From positions 1 to 64,000 of the IMG/VR virus record IMGVR_UViG_3300042448_001903: a stretch of DNA of 64,000 nt; one strand, given 5' to 3'. Shown in pieces: positions 54,944 through 64,000 of the stretch. The stretch's first letter is position 1. Every line of letters starts with the position of its first letter. The position numbers and the translations under genes are program-made. The notes under the pieces are model-generated. The model ran no database searches. It had not been told where the DNA came from and worked only from the letters and a program-made list of their open reading frames with translations. This DNA is from a virus. Taxonomy: Duplodnaviria > Heunggongvirae > Uroviricota > Caudoviricetes > Crassvirales.

Positions 54944-57900
54944 ATGAACGTTACTTGTTCTGCTGAAGTGTGTCCAGTGATACTATCTAGCACCTGCGTT
55001 TTTTACGAAGGTGCTAATTTAATATACACTTCTATAAATACAAATGACACGTTAGAGGATGCTCTACAAAAAATAGATGCTAAGTTTGGTGATATTACAG
55101 CAGGCTATGCTTTTAATAACGGTATTTATCAACTTTCCCCAGGAAATATAGTACAATTAGGCGGATCTTTATTACAAGACACCACTATTGGTGGTAATTA
55201 TACATTATCTTTTACAGGATTTTTAGAAGCATCTAAATTTATTACAACTGGGGGAACATCTTCTGATTTTGTAAAAGGAGATGGATCTTTAGATAGCACC
55301 ACTTACCAACCAGCTGGAGACTATATTACTGATCTTTATGGTGATGGAGTGGCTTCTGGCCCAGGTAATAGTCAATTTACGCTATCTACCGTGAACACCA
55401 ATCCTGGTATTTATGGGTCTGATATATCAGTACCTGTAATCACCGTAAATGCAAAAGGACTTGTAACTAATATCACTCCTCAATTAATAGCACTTCCATC
55501 AGCCTCATTAAGCTTTGTGGGAGATGTAACAGGATCTGGATCTACAGGATCCCCTGTAACACTTACATTAAAAACTGTAAACACTAATGTTTATGGGAGC
55601 AATACTTTCTTAAAATTCGCTGTAAATGGTAAAGGATTAGTCACATCAGCCACTCCAGTGGTTTATGGGGACATCACTTCTGCATTAGGATTTGTTCCTG
55701 TTCCAGAAAGTAGAACACTCACTATTAATGGTGTTACATACGATCTTTCAGCCAATAGAAGCTGGTCTATTGTAGCAGGTGTTTCTAGTGTAGTGGGAAC
55801 AGCACCTATATCTGCATCTAATTTATTAGGCACTGTTACAGTGTCTATTTCAAAGGCTGATATTGCTACAGATGGATATTTATCTTTTTCAGATTGGAAC
55901 ACTTTTAATAATAAACTTTCCACAATTTCAGGAATTGCAGCAGGTGGTGAGCTTAGTGGAACATATCCAAATCCATCTTTAGTTAATTCTGCTGTTATAG
56001 GTAAAGTGTTAACAGGCCTTAATTTAACAGGTGGAGGAACAATAGTCTCCACTGATACTATTTTACAAGCTTTTGGTAAAGTGCAGAATCAAATAAGTGC
56101 TTTATTAGGTAGTGTTAGTTACCAAGGAATTTGGAACGCAAATACTAATACCCCTACATTAACTTCAGGTGTAGGAACAAAAGGATATTATTATGTTGTA
56201 AATGCAGCAGGTAGTACAAATCTTGATGGTATTACAGACTGGAAGGTGGGGGATTGGGCTATATTCAACGGTACTGCGTGGGATAAAGTGGATAATACAG
56301 ATGCAGTGAGTTCTGTAAATGGATATACAGGACCAGTTAGTCTTGTAACAGGAGATGTATTTGAGGGAGCTGGTAGTCTTCCAGGTAGACCTTCTCAATT
56401 ATATTTTACAAATTCAAGAGCAAGAACTGCTATTAGTCTTACTACTACTGGTACAAGTGGTGCTTCCACTTATGATCCATTAACAGGTATATTTAACATA
56501 CCAAATTATACACCAGATTTAAGTGGGTATGTTACTTTGGCAAATACTCAAACAATAACAGGAGTAAAGAATTTTGATTTAGGTATAAATATTAAGAATG
56601 GAACTTTCCCCATAGCTAATGGATATACAGGAATAGGTTCTCAAACAAATGGTTTAATTATTAATGTAACAGGTGGGGGATTTGGAGTAGCACATAATCT
56701 ACTATTTAATACTGCATTACCATATTCATATACATTCCCTTCAGCAACAGGAACTTTGGCATTAACAAGTGATCTATCTACTTATGTTCCTACATCAAGA
56801 ACATTGACAATTAATGGAACTACTTATGACTTATCAGCAGATAGAAGCTGGAGTGTAGGTACAGTTACATCAGTTGGGCTTACAATGCCTTCAGCATTTA
56901 CAGTGTCTTTATCTCCAATAACTTCCTCAGGAAGTATTGTTGTAACAGGCGCAGGATTATCAAGTCAATATGTACGTGGTGATGGGACACTAGGTGTATT
57001 CCCAACAGTGGGTGGTGGTGGTGGAGGTAGTGTATATTATTTAAATGGAAACACATCCCAAGGTAGTATAGCAGGTACAACAATGTATCAGTTAAGTAAA
57101 TTATCTGCCAGTGGAACATCTGCTAATTTTACAAGCAGTACAATAGGAACAATTGCTTCGTTTATTACTGACATAGGAGACCCTAATCAATTAAGTGTTC
57201 CTGGAGGTATTTGGGTATTTGAATGTTATTTCTCTGTAGCTGGTATTGGTGCAAGTCCCGCAACCATTCAAGCTGTTGTTAAGAAATGGGATGGAGCCTC
57301 ACTCACTCTAATTAGTAGTGGTACCATTGAAGAATTAACTAATGGTGCTACTAAAGACCTATATACATTAGGAGTTAGTATACCAAGCGGAGTTACATTA
57401 GCTCTTACAGATAGAATTGTAATTGAGATTCAAATAGTTAATCCTAATGGTAAAACAGTAACTTTATACACGGAGAATGGAAATATATCAAGCGTAACAA
57501 CAACATTTGCAAACGGTATTTCCTCAATAAATGGATTGACGACAGCAGCACAAACTTTAGGTGTAGGTACAAGTGGAGCTGATTTTGGTATAAGCTCCGT
57601 TGGTTCTTCTCACACTTTTAACCTACCGACAGCAAGTGCAATAAACAGAGGTGCCTTATCTTCAGCTGACTGGACAACTTTTAATAGTAAGCAAAACACC
57701 ATTACTCTCACTACAACAGGAACAAGTGGAGCTGCTACATTAATTGGAAGTACATTAAATATTCCTCAATATCAAGCTGTTCTTACAAATCCTATCACAG
57801 GTACAGGTACAACTAATTTTGTACCAAAATTTACAGGTTCAACAACTTTAGGTGATAGTCTTATATATGATAATGGCTCAACAGTAGGTATAAATACAAC

Positions 57901-58858
57901 CATTCCATCAGTTTCTTATAAATTAGATGTAAATGGTGCTGTTAGAGTGTCTAGTACATTAAATTTAGGATCATTTGTTAATTTAACCACAGCCAATGCT
58001 TTTGGCTTAAATTACTTTCAAGTGGGTGCAGCGACATCAGGTAATGGTATTGCAGCAAGTTTTTCTCCTAACGGCAACCCATCTGGATATGGATATAATT
58101 TCCAATTTAGTACATCACAAACAAGTTCTAACAATAGTAATTTATTAATTATTGGCGGTAATAATTTAGCAGGAACGGGGGCTACTAATAAACATGTAAT
58201 AGCTGTAGACAATAGTGCTGTAACAAGTAGACCTTTAATTTTTAAAGTTGCGCCTACTAATACTGGGTGGGGAAGCACTAACGAACACATGACATTGTTT
58301 GGAACAGGTAACTTAGTTTTACAAAATAGTACTGCTACTGCAACAGATGCTGGATATAGATTAGATGTTAATGGTACTTCTAATTTCTACACTTCAACAG
58401 TTGGAGCAACAGTTTTAACAGTTCAAGGGTCTACAGGTCAATTATTTACTGTTTCAGATATAACCACTGGTAATTTATTACAAGTGAATGATGTTTCAGG
58501 ACTTCCTTTAATGGCTGTAAATGCTAATGGAGCAATGTATATGTATTCAGCTACATTAACAGGTATAACAGCTTCACCTACAACAGCTTATTCAATAGAT
58601 GAATCAACTGGAACAGCCGCATATTTTGATTACAGAGTTACAAATACAGTTAATAATGGATGGAGAGCAGGAACAGTGATGGCAGTTTGGAATCCAACAG
58701 CTAATGTGGTTGAATTTACAGACACTTCCACTGCAGACCTTACAGCAACAACAGCAGGCCTTTCATGGTCTGTAAGTATAAGTGGAACAAGTGTTCAATT
58801 AATAGCAACAATTACTTCTGGTACATGGAATATTAAAATAGGAGCAAGAGTGATATGA
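54944..58858 (+). CDS. tail fibre protein with internal repeated modules (track ORF 54911..58858; start at 54944 favoured)
   Basis: It is Ser/Thr/Gly/Asn-rich. Repeated modules include SRTLTINGVTYDLSANRSWS / SRTLTINGTTYDLSADRSWS, LSFSDWNTFNNK / LSSADWTTFNSK and TVNTNPGIYGS / TVNTNVYGS. It has a Gly7 run. Its stop overlaps the next gene (ATGA). Confidence 0.6.
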   Translation: MNVTCSAEVCPVILSSTCVFYEGANLIYTSINTNDTLEDALQKIDAKFGDITAGYAFNNGIYQLSPGNIVQLGGSLLQDTTIGGNYTLSFTGFLEASKFITTGGTSSDFVKGDGSLDSTTYQPAGDYITDLYGDGVASGPGNSQFTLSTVNTNPGIYGSDISVPVITVNAKGLVTNITPQLIALPSASLSFVGDVTGSGSTGSPVTLTLKTVNTNVYGSNTFLKFAVNGKGLVTSATPVVYGDITSALGFVPVPESRTLTINGVTYDLSANRSWSIVAGVSSVVGTAPISASNLLGTVTVSISKADIATDGYLSFSDWNTFNNKLSTISGIAAGGELSGTYPNPSLVNSAVIGKVLTGLNLTGGGTIVSTDTILQAFGKVQNQISALLGSVSYQGIWNANTNTPTLTSGVGTKGYYYVVNAAGSTNLDGITDWKVGDWAIFNGTAWDKVDNTDAVSSVNGYTGPVSLVTGDVFEGAGSLPGRPSQLYFTNSRARTAISLTTTGTSGASTYDPLTGIFNIPNYTPDLSGYVTLANTQTITGVKNFDLGINIKNGTFPIANGYTGIGSQTNGLIINVTGGGFGVAHNLLFNTALPYSYTFPSATGTLALTSDLSTYVPTSRTLTINGTTYDLSADRSWSVGTVTSVGLTMPSAFTVSLSPITSSGSIVVTGAGLSSQYVRGDGTLGVFPTVGGGGGGSVYYLNGNTSQGSIAGTTMYQLSKLSASGTSANFTSSTIGTIASFITDIGDPNQLSVPGGIWVFECYFSVAGIGASPATIQAVVKKWDGASLTLISSGTIEELTNGATKDLYTLGVSIPSGVTLALTDRIVIEIQIVNPNGKTVTLYTENGNISSVTTTFANGISSINGLTTAAQTLGVGTSGADFGISSVGSSHTFNLPTASAINRGALSSADWTTFNSKQNTITLTTTGTSGAATLIGSTLNIPQYQAVLTNPITGTGTTNFVPKFTGSTTLGDSLIYDNGSTVGINTTIPSVSYKLDVNGAVRVSSTLNLGSFVNLTTANAFGLNYFQVGAATSGNGIAASFSPNGNPSGYGYNFQFSTSQTSSNNSNLLIIGGNNLAGTGATNKHVIAVDNSAVTSRPLIFKVAPTNTGWGSTNEHMTLFGTGNLVLQNSTATATDAGYRLDVNGTSNFYTSTVGATVLTVQGSTGQLFTVSDITTGNLLQVNDVSGLPLMAVNANGAMYMYSATLTGITASPTTAYSIDESTGTAAYFDYRVTNTVNNGWRAGTVMAVWNPTANVVEFTDTSTADLTATTAGLSWSVSISGTSVQLIATITSGTWNIKIGARVI

Positions 58859-59559
58859 GTAGGATAACAATTAAAGGACAAACAGTTTATGGAGTTAAAC
58901 CTATTGTAACAGATGGGCTTGTTTTATATTTAGATGCAGCTAATACTAAAAGTTATCCTGGTACAGGTACAACATGGACTGATTTAAGTGGTTACAATAG
59001 TAACGGCACATTAACAAATGGACCAACATTTAATCCTTCTAATGGGGGCAGTATTGTGTTTGATGGAACAAACGATTTTGTGTTATTAAAAAGTGGAGCG
59101 GCTTTATTAACACAAACTTCCAATATAACTATGGAAATTTGGTTTTATAAAACAGGTACAGGATTAAACTATAGATTATTTTATAATGGAAATAGTGGTG
59201 CAAATGGATATGGATTTTATACAGGAGTGTGTAGTACACCTACAACATTATTAGGAATACTTTTTGGTGGTGTGGCTTGTAATGTCGTATCAACAACAGT
59301 AGCTATAAATACATGGTATCACGCTGTTTTCACTAATGCACCAGGTAATATTAACACTTTATACTTAAATGGAGTGGCTGTTAGTACAGCAAATCAATCT
59401 TTTGTAGCACCAACAACTGAGACAACAATAGGTGCTGCTACAAATGCTTCTAATGCTTATGCTGGTAGAATAGCAATAGCAAAATTATACAATCGTGCTT
59501 TATCAGCATCAGAAGTACTACAAAATTATAATGCTTTAAAAAGTAGGTTTGGATTATGA
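58855..59559 (+). CDS. LamG/concanavalin-like lectin-fold tail fibre accessory protein (234 aa), paralog 1
   Basis: The motif LYLDAAN...G.GT.W.DLSG...NGTLTNGP......GG.IVFDGTND is typical of Laminin_G_3-type phage fibre domains. The C-terminus NYNALKSRFGL is shared with paralog 2. Confidence 0.55.
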   Translation: MSRITIKGQTVYGVKPIVTDGLVLYLDAANTKSYPGTGTTWTDLSGYNSNGTLTNGPTFNPSNGGSIVFDGTNDFVLLKSGAALLTQTSNITMEIWFYKTGTGLNYRLFYNGNSGANGYGFYTGVCSTPTTLLGILFGGVACNVVSTTVAINTWYHAVFTNAPGNINTLYLNGVAVSTANQSFVAPTTETTIGAATNASNAYAGRIAIAKLYNRALSASEVLQNYNALKSRFGL

Positions 59560-60269
59560 GCAGTTTAATAGGAGCAAATAATATTATAACAGATGGATTA
59601 GTTATGTATTTGGATGCAGCTAATATTAATTCTTATTCAGGAACAGGAACAGTATGGAATGATTTAAGTCCTTATAAAACAAATGCTACACTAGTTAATG
59701 GTCCTGCGTACACTTCAGCTAATGCTGGTGGTATTGTATTTGATGGTACTAATGATGGAGTCACTTTGCAAGCTTCAACACTTTGGAATGTTGGTGCTGC
59801 TGATTTTACTATTGAATTCTGGTTTAGAAGGACTGGCACTAGTCAAGCTTATGGTAGATATTTTCAATTAAGTAATGGTGATACTTTTAGTGCATTTAGT
59901 TTAGCTGTAAAAGGGACAAACCAAGATCAATTATCATTTTCTATGGCTTCTGCAAATGGTAGTTGGGGTGTTTTAAATGATGCTACAATAGGTACTTTAA
60001 CAGCAGGACGATTCAATCATGTTGTTATTTCAAGAATAGGGACAAATTTTTATCTATATTTAAACACAGTTCAAAGTCTGATTACTACTAGTGCAGCATC
60101 ATTGTATTATGCAGCAGGAGGAGTACCTATAATTGGAGGTCAAACAATTGGTACAACTAGATCTTTATCTGGTATAATTTCTTTGTTTAAATTTTATAAA
60201 GGAAAAGGGCTTACATTAGCCGAAGTAACACAAAATTATAATGCATTAAAAGGAAGATTTGGACTGTAA
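59556..60269 (+). CDS. LamG/concanavalin-like lectin-fold tail fibre accessory protein (237 aa), paralog 2
   Basis: It is collinear with paralog 1 (ITDGLVMYLDAAN...GTGTVWNDLS...NATLVNGP...GGIVFDGTNDGV...NYNALKGRFGL). It has an ATGA overlap with paralog 1. Confidence 0.55.
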   Translation: MSSLIGANNIITDGLVMYLDAANINSYSGTGTVWNDLSPYKTNATLVNGPAYTSANAGGIVFDGTNDGVTLQASTLWNVGAADFTIEFWFRRTGTSQAYGRYFQLSNGDTFSAFSLAVKGTNQDQLSFSMASANGSWGVLNDATIGTLTAGRFNHVVISRIGTNFYLYLNTVQSLITTSAASLYYAAGGVPIIGGQTIGTTRSLSGIISLFKFYKGKGLTLAEVTQNYNALKGRFGL

Positions 60270-60391
60270 ATAATATGAGAGTAGACAGTTTATGATATTT
60301 GATGTTACAGAATTAGATACACCAGAGTGGCAAAACATTCATATAACAATTTAAAAACTTTACCTATTGGATAGTGAAAATAGGATAAAAA

Positions 60392-62809
60392 ATGGCACAA
60401 GAGTTTGTAGCAAGGAAAGGTCTTTTAGTTCCAAGTGGTAATGTAGGTATAGGAGTTACTCCGAGTGCGTGGGATGGAACATTAGTCAAAGCTATTCAAT
60501 TAGCAGATAATGGGGCTTCATTATCAAGTTTTTCAACAGGAAATACAAGTGGTAAATTTGCGATATTATCAAACAATGCTTATTATGATAGTGGTGGCTG
60601 GAAATATTTACAAAGTTCTGCATCTGCTCAATACAGAATAGCTAATCAGGAACATCAATGGTTCACCGCCCCTTCAGGCACAGCAGGTAACGCTATCAGC
60701 TTTACACAAGTAATGACCTTAGATGCAAGTGGAAGGTTATTAATTGGAACTACAAGTAGTACTGGTGTTGATAAGGTTAGAATAAATAATGACGGCACAA
60801 CATCTTATTCAACTGTAAATATTACAAATGCTAACTCAACAGCTAATATGTATGTTGGTGTTGGAGGTAATAGTGTTGCAAATGTCAATTTAAGAGATAA
60901 TGCTTATATATGGAATGCAGCAGCATCCGCATTAGCTTTTGGAACTAGTGATACCGAACGTATGCGCATCACCTCATCAGGTAACGTAGGTATAGGTACT
61001 ACTTCACCTTCGACTAAACTAGATGTAACAGGTACAGTAACAGCTACATCATTTAGTGGTGCTGGAACAGGTTTAACAGGAACAGCATCAAGTTTAAGTA
61101 TTGGTGGTACAGCAGCATCAGTTTCTACTTCTACAACAACAGGTATTGTTTCAAGTTTTTCTACAACAATTAATACTACCACACCTGGTACTGGAACCTA
61201 TGGTATAAGCTTTGCTGGAAGTAGTATCTCAGACAACGCTTCTGGAATTACTTGGGCTTGGTCTGGAAATACAGCACAAGCAGGTATTTATGTACAATCA
61301 AGTGGAAATTATGGTACAAAGATGTATATTGCAACAACAGATTCTTTTGCTACAGGAGCAAAAACTGCTATTAGTATTGGTGAAACTGGTATTGTAAATT
61401 TTGTTAGGAGTAGACCTACATCTTTAGGTAATATTATTTTAGATGCAGGTAACTATAGTTCCTATGCTTTACCATTAACTGGTGGAACATTATCTGGTAA
61501 TATCTCTGCAGCAAATATTACTACAGGTGTTAATGTAAATCATATTGTACAACGTGATGCTAGTGGATATATTTATGCTAATTATATTAACTTTAATATA
61601 TCTGAAAGTGAGAATCCTACTATTAATAGTTTTTTTGTTTCTAATGGTGATGGATGGTCACGTAAAGCCTCGGTAGCTCATGTTAAAAATACTATTCGAG
61701 GAGTTGCTGATGGAACCTGGGGAATAAATGTTACTGGAACTGCAGGCGGTGTAGCTTGGGGTAACGTGTCAAGCAAACCTTCTCACATAATGTATTATCA
61801 AGGTTTTACTCTTGACGCTAATACAATGGATGTTAATGCTACAGGTTTTACATATTCAGCTAATGCACCATTTACAGGTCCTATTGTTAGATTTAGTGCT
61901 GGTGGAAGTTATGATATGTGGTTAAATGCTACTTATAGTGGAGGAGGAAATTCTATTGCATTTAGAACTAGAAATGGTGATGCTGGAACTTTTAATCCTT
62001 GGAGAGCTATTTTACATGACGGAAACTACACATTATACTCACCAACATTAACAGGTGGAGGAGCTAGTGGAACTTGGAGTATTAACGTTACAGGTAACGC
62101 TGGTACTGCAACAACCGCAACTAACTTATCAGGATTTGATAAAACTAATCCTACATTCGGTGCTGTATATTCAACTAACTGGTTTAGGTCTTATGGAGAT
62201 ACTGGGTTATATAATCAAGATTATGCTTGTCATTTTAGACGTAGTACATCAGCTAGTTTTGGTACATGGGAAATGTTTGGCTATAATAAAGGCGGATATG
62301 GTGGATTAAATATTATAGATCCTAGTGGATATTGGAATAATTTTATGTTTGAAAATGGTAATGGGGGTTTATATCAACAAAACGGTAGTGGTTGGGTTTG
62401 GCTTCATAATAGAACCTATGGATCTTTTGCTATAGGCCCAAGTGGTACTGTATCAGCTTCTTATAGATTATATGTTGAAGGAAATATATATGCAACGGGT
62501 GTAGTGGATTGGGCGTCAGATGTTAGAAAAAAAGAAAATATAGTTACAATAGATAGTTCATTGGAAAAAGTAACTAAATTAAGAGGAGTTTATTTTAACA
62601 GAATTGATGATCCGAAGAAAAAAACACAAACAGGTGTAATTGCTCAAGAAGTTAAAGAGATAATGCCAGAGCTAGTAAACTATGACGATATGAATGATAG
62701 TTATAGTGTAACCTATGGTAATTTTGCTGGGCTATTTATAGAAGCGATAAAAGAGCAACAAAAAGAAATAAATGAGCTTAAATTAATTATTAATAATCTT
62801 AACAAATAA
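60392..62809 (+). CDS. tail fibre/tail spike (805 aa) with C-terminal intramolecular chaperone (peptidase S74-like) auto-cleaving domain
   Basis: The C-terminus ...DWASDVRKKENIVTIDSSLEKVTKLRGVYFNRIDDPKKKTQTGVIAQEVKEIMPELV... matches the conserved S-D-x-R-x-K-x-N-I ... L..V..L..V.Y block of endosialidase/T5 L-shaped tail fibre chaperone domains. The N-terminal NVGIGTTSPSTKLDV motif is typical of phage fibres. Confidence 0.7.
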   Translation: MAQEFVARKGLLVPSGNVGIGVTPSAWDGTLVKAIQLADNGASLSSFSTGNTSGKFAILSNNAYYDSGGWKYLQSSASAQYRIANQEHQWFTAPSGTAGNAISFTQVMTLDASGRLLIGTTSSTGVDKVRINNDGTTSYSTVNITNANSTANMYVGVGGNSVANVNLRDNAYIWNAAASALAFGTSDTERMRITSSGNVGIGTTSPSTKLDVTGTVTATSFSGAGTGLTGTASSLSIGGTAASVSTSTTTGIVSSFSTTINTTTPGTGTYGISFAGSSISDNASGITWAWSGNTAQAGIYVQSSGNYGTKMYIATTDSFATGAKTAISIGETGIVNFVRSRPTSLGNIILDAGNYSSYALPLTGGTLSGNISAANITTGVNVNHIVQRDASGYIYANYINFNISESENPTINSFFVSNGDGWSRKASVAHVKNTIRGVADGTWGINVTGTAGGVAWGNVSSKPSHIMYYQGFTLDANTMDVNATGFTYSANAPFTGPIVRFSAGGSYDMWLNATYSGGGNSIAFRTRNGDAGTFNPWRAILHDGNYTLYSPTLTGGGASGTWSINVTGNAGTATTATNLSGFDKTNPTFGAVYSTNWFRSYGDTGLYNQDYACHFRRSTSASFGTWEMFGYNKGGYGGLNIIDPSGYWNNFMFENGNGGLYQQNGSGWVWLHNRTYGSFAIGPSGTVSASYRLYVEGNIYATGVVDWASDVRKKENIVTIDSSLEKVTKLRGVYFNRIDDPKKKTQTGVIAQEVKEIMPELVNYDDMNDSYSVTYGNFAGLFIEAIKEQQKEINELKLIINNLNK

Positions 62810-62820
62810 AAGAATAAAAT

Positions 62821-63216
62821 ATGGAAACAACTTATACATGGATCATAGAACAGATGCAATGTAAACAACAAGAGGGTGAGTTAACAGATGTTGTAATCAA
62901 AGTAAACTGGATAAGAAAGGCTAGTGCTACAAAAGATGGCATAGAATATAGCGTAACAATACCTGGAATTCAAGATTTTACTCAGCCAGATCCTGAAAAC
63001 TTTATACCGTATGATGAATTAACATATGAACAAATATGTGGTTGGTTAGAAGAGTCTATGAATATGACTATGATTGATACACCTCTATATAACCAATTAA
63101 ACCTTATAGTTAATCCACCGTTGATAGTGTTACCGTTGCCTTGGGAAACAACTACTACCACTACTACAGAGTCTCCCACCACTACTACCACCACAACAAC
63201 AGAAATTCCTGTATAA
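62821..63216 (+). CDS. hypothetical protein (131 aa) with C-terminal poly-Thr tail
   Basis: It ends WETTTTTTTESPTTTTTTTTEIPV. Confidence 0.4.
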   Translation: METTYTWIIEQMQCKQQEGELTDVVIKVNWIRKASATKDGIEYSVTIPGIQDFTQPDPENFIPYDELTYEQICGWLEESMNMTMIDTPLYNQLNLIVNPPLIVLPLPWETTTTTTTESPTTTTTTTTEIPV

Positions 63217-63263
63217 TTAGAAAATTATACTTATTTTTGTAAAATAACTAAAATTTTAAACCA

Positions 63264-63677
63264 ATGAAATTAAAAATGGAAGAGATACTTCAACTTAATT
63301 ATGAGTTGAATGGTATGGTCATAACTAAAGATGGTGTACAAGAAGAGCTTTCTAAAGGACTTTTAAAGCAAAAAACTTCGATGAAGAATAAGCTTTACTT
63401 CCAAAGACTAAATAAATTAGTACAAGGAGAAGTGAAGATTTTTGAAGATGCTCAAAAGGAACTATTTAAAAGTTTTGGAGAGGAAAAAGATGGGGAAGTT
63501 GTAATTCCTACAGAAAAGATAGAAGAATTTAACAAAGAATATAAAGAGGTTTTGGCTTCTGAGATAGAAATAAATCCTTCCACTTTGTGGAGTTCTAATT
63601 TAACTATAGAAGATCTTAGTTCCATTGAAACAGAGGAAATATACCCTGTTTTTATGAAGCTTGTAGATCAAGAATAA
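63264..63677 (+). CDS. hypothetical acidic protein (137 aa)
   Basis: The ORF is in the track and is followed by a terminator hairpin. Confidence 0.4.
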   Translation: MKLKMEEILQLNYELNGMVITKDGVQEELSKGLLKQKTSMKNKLYFQRLNKLVQGEVKIFEDAQKELFKSFGEEKDGEVVIPTEKIEEFNKEYKEVLASEIEINPSTLWSSNLTIEDLSSIETEEIYPVFMKLVDQE

Positions 63678-63705
63678 TTAAATAGCTTTTTAAGCGTAAA
63701 TGGTT

Positions 63706-63741
63706 AGGAGCTTGTATAAATGAGCTCCTGGCCATTTTTTG
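63706..63741 (+). terminator. rho-independent terminator AGGAGCT-(10 nt loop)-AGCTCCT followed by GGCCATTTTTT
   Basis: It has a 7-bp perfect stem, and a T-run lies at 63735-63740. Confidence 0.5.
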
Positions 63742-63757
63742 CTTGTACAAAAATAAA

Positions 63758-63789
63758 TTTGGCTATTATATATTTATTACATATCTTTG
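63758..63789 (+). promoter_or_regulatory. Bacteroidetes sigma-A type promoter TTTG-N20-TATCTTTG
   Basis: TTTG lies at 63758-63761 and TATCTTTG at 63782-63789, upstream of the ATG at 63848. Confidence 0.45.
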
Positions 63790-63847
63790 GCCTCCCTCTT
63801 TGTTCCTTCCCCAGGAACTTTTATTAACTTATATTAATTTAAACTCT

Positions 63848-64000
63848 AATGGATTCTGAACAAATTAAGTTAGAATTTACAAACATGGACCAAAGATTAA
63901 CAGAAATGGAAGAAAAAATTGATTCAATTGATAAAAAATTGAATCAAGTGGTTGATGCAATATTAGGGAACCCCTTAACAAAGGAAGGTGGGTTTATAAA
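63848..64000 (+). CDS. partial CDS (51 codons, runs off window end), small coiled-coil-like protein
   Basis: It reads MDSEQIKLEFTNMDQRLTEMEEKIDSIDKKLNQVV... It is not in the track because it is truncated at the window edge. Confidence 0.3.

Noticed and set aside
62982-63194. 70-aa minus-strand ORF (MVVVVVGDSVVVVVVV...)
   Set aside because: It is the antisense reading of the ACT/ACC poly-Thr codon repeat of the 131-aa gene.
63242-63249. TATTTTTG -7-like octamer upstream of the 137-aa gene
   Set aside because: No TTTG -33 element lies at the expected 19-21 nt spacing. It is probably chance in AT-rich sequence.
1-64000. Searched for tRNA genes, CRISPR repeats, integrase/recombinase and att-like direct repeats
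   Set aside because: No cloverleaf-compatible sequences with T-loop GTTCGAATC-like motifs were seen in non-coding stretches. There are no regularly spaced direct repeats and no tyrosine or serine recombinase signatures. Prophage versus free-phage origin cannot be decided from this window.
1-64000. Stop-codon reassignment (TAG or TGA recoding, known in some crAss-like and Lak phages)
   Set aside because: All large ORFs are intact and contiguous under the standard code, with canonical TAA/TGA/TAG stops followed immediately by the next start. Recoding need not be invoked.

Overview
The window appears to be almost entirely phage DNA, in an AT-rich (roughly one-third GC) Bacteroidota/Flavobacteriia-like background. 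Coding is back-to-back and single-strand, with TAATG/ATGA stop-start overlaps, and no integrase, tRNA or CRISPR is present. From 1733 to 63677 everything is on the + strand. The order is: small early-looking genes (a winged-helix regulator, an HU-like protein, a Cys-rich Zn-ribbon-like protein), large terminase, putative portal, an SPFH/band-7 domain protein, an acidic scaffold-like protein, a codon-optimised putative major capsid protein followed by a terminator, several Cys-rich and poly-Thr-tailed virion proteins, and a calcineurin-like phosphoesterase. Then comes a ~33 kb run of five giant ORFs of 2229, 1388, 919, 4157 and 2150 aa. The 4157-aa protein carries a DFDID motif. As far as I recall, that motif replaces the universal DxDGD catalytic motif in the virion-packaged RNA polymerase of crAss-like phages (gp66 of Cellulophaga phage phi14:2). 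After the giant genes come tail-fibre genes, including tandem paralogous LamG-like proteins and a fibre with a C-terminal S74 intramolecular-chaperone domain. The left 1.7 kb holds the tail end of an oppositely oriented (- strand) gene block. It also holds a 527-bp AT-rich non-coding segment with (TA)n iteron-like tracts, and a divergent control region with unusual G-tracts, a G6 run and a C9 run. TTTG-N19-21-TATCTTTG motifs sit at 1628-1660, 2015-2045, 54885-54913 and 63758-63789, and these match the Bacteroidetes sigma-A promoter consensus. The most plausible reading is a crAss-like podophage virion/ejection module with its virion RNAP, probably a novel lineage. No database search was possible, so all functional calls rest on motifs, gene order and composition.
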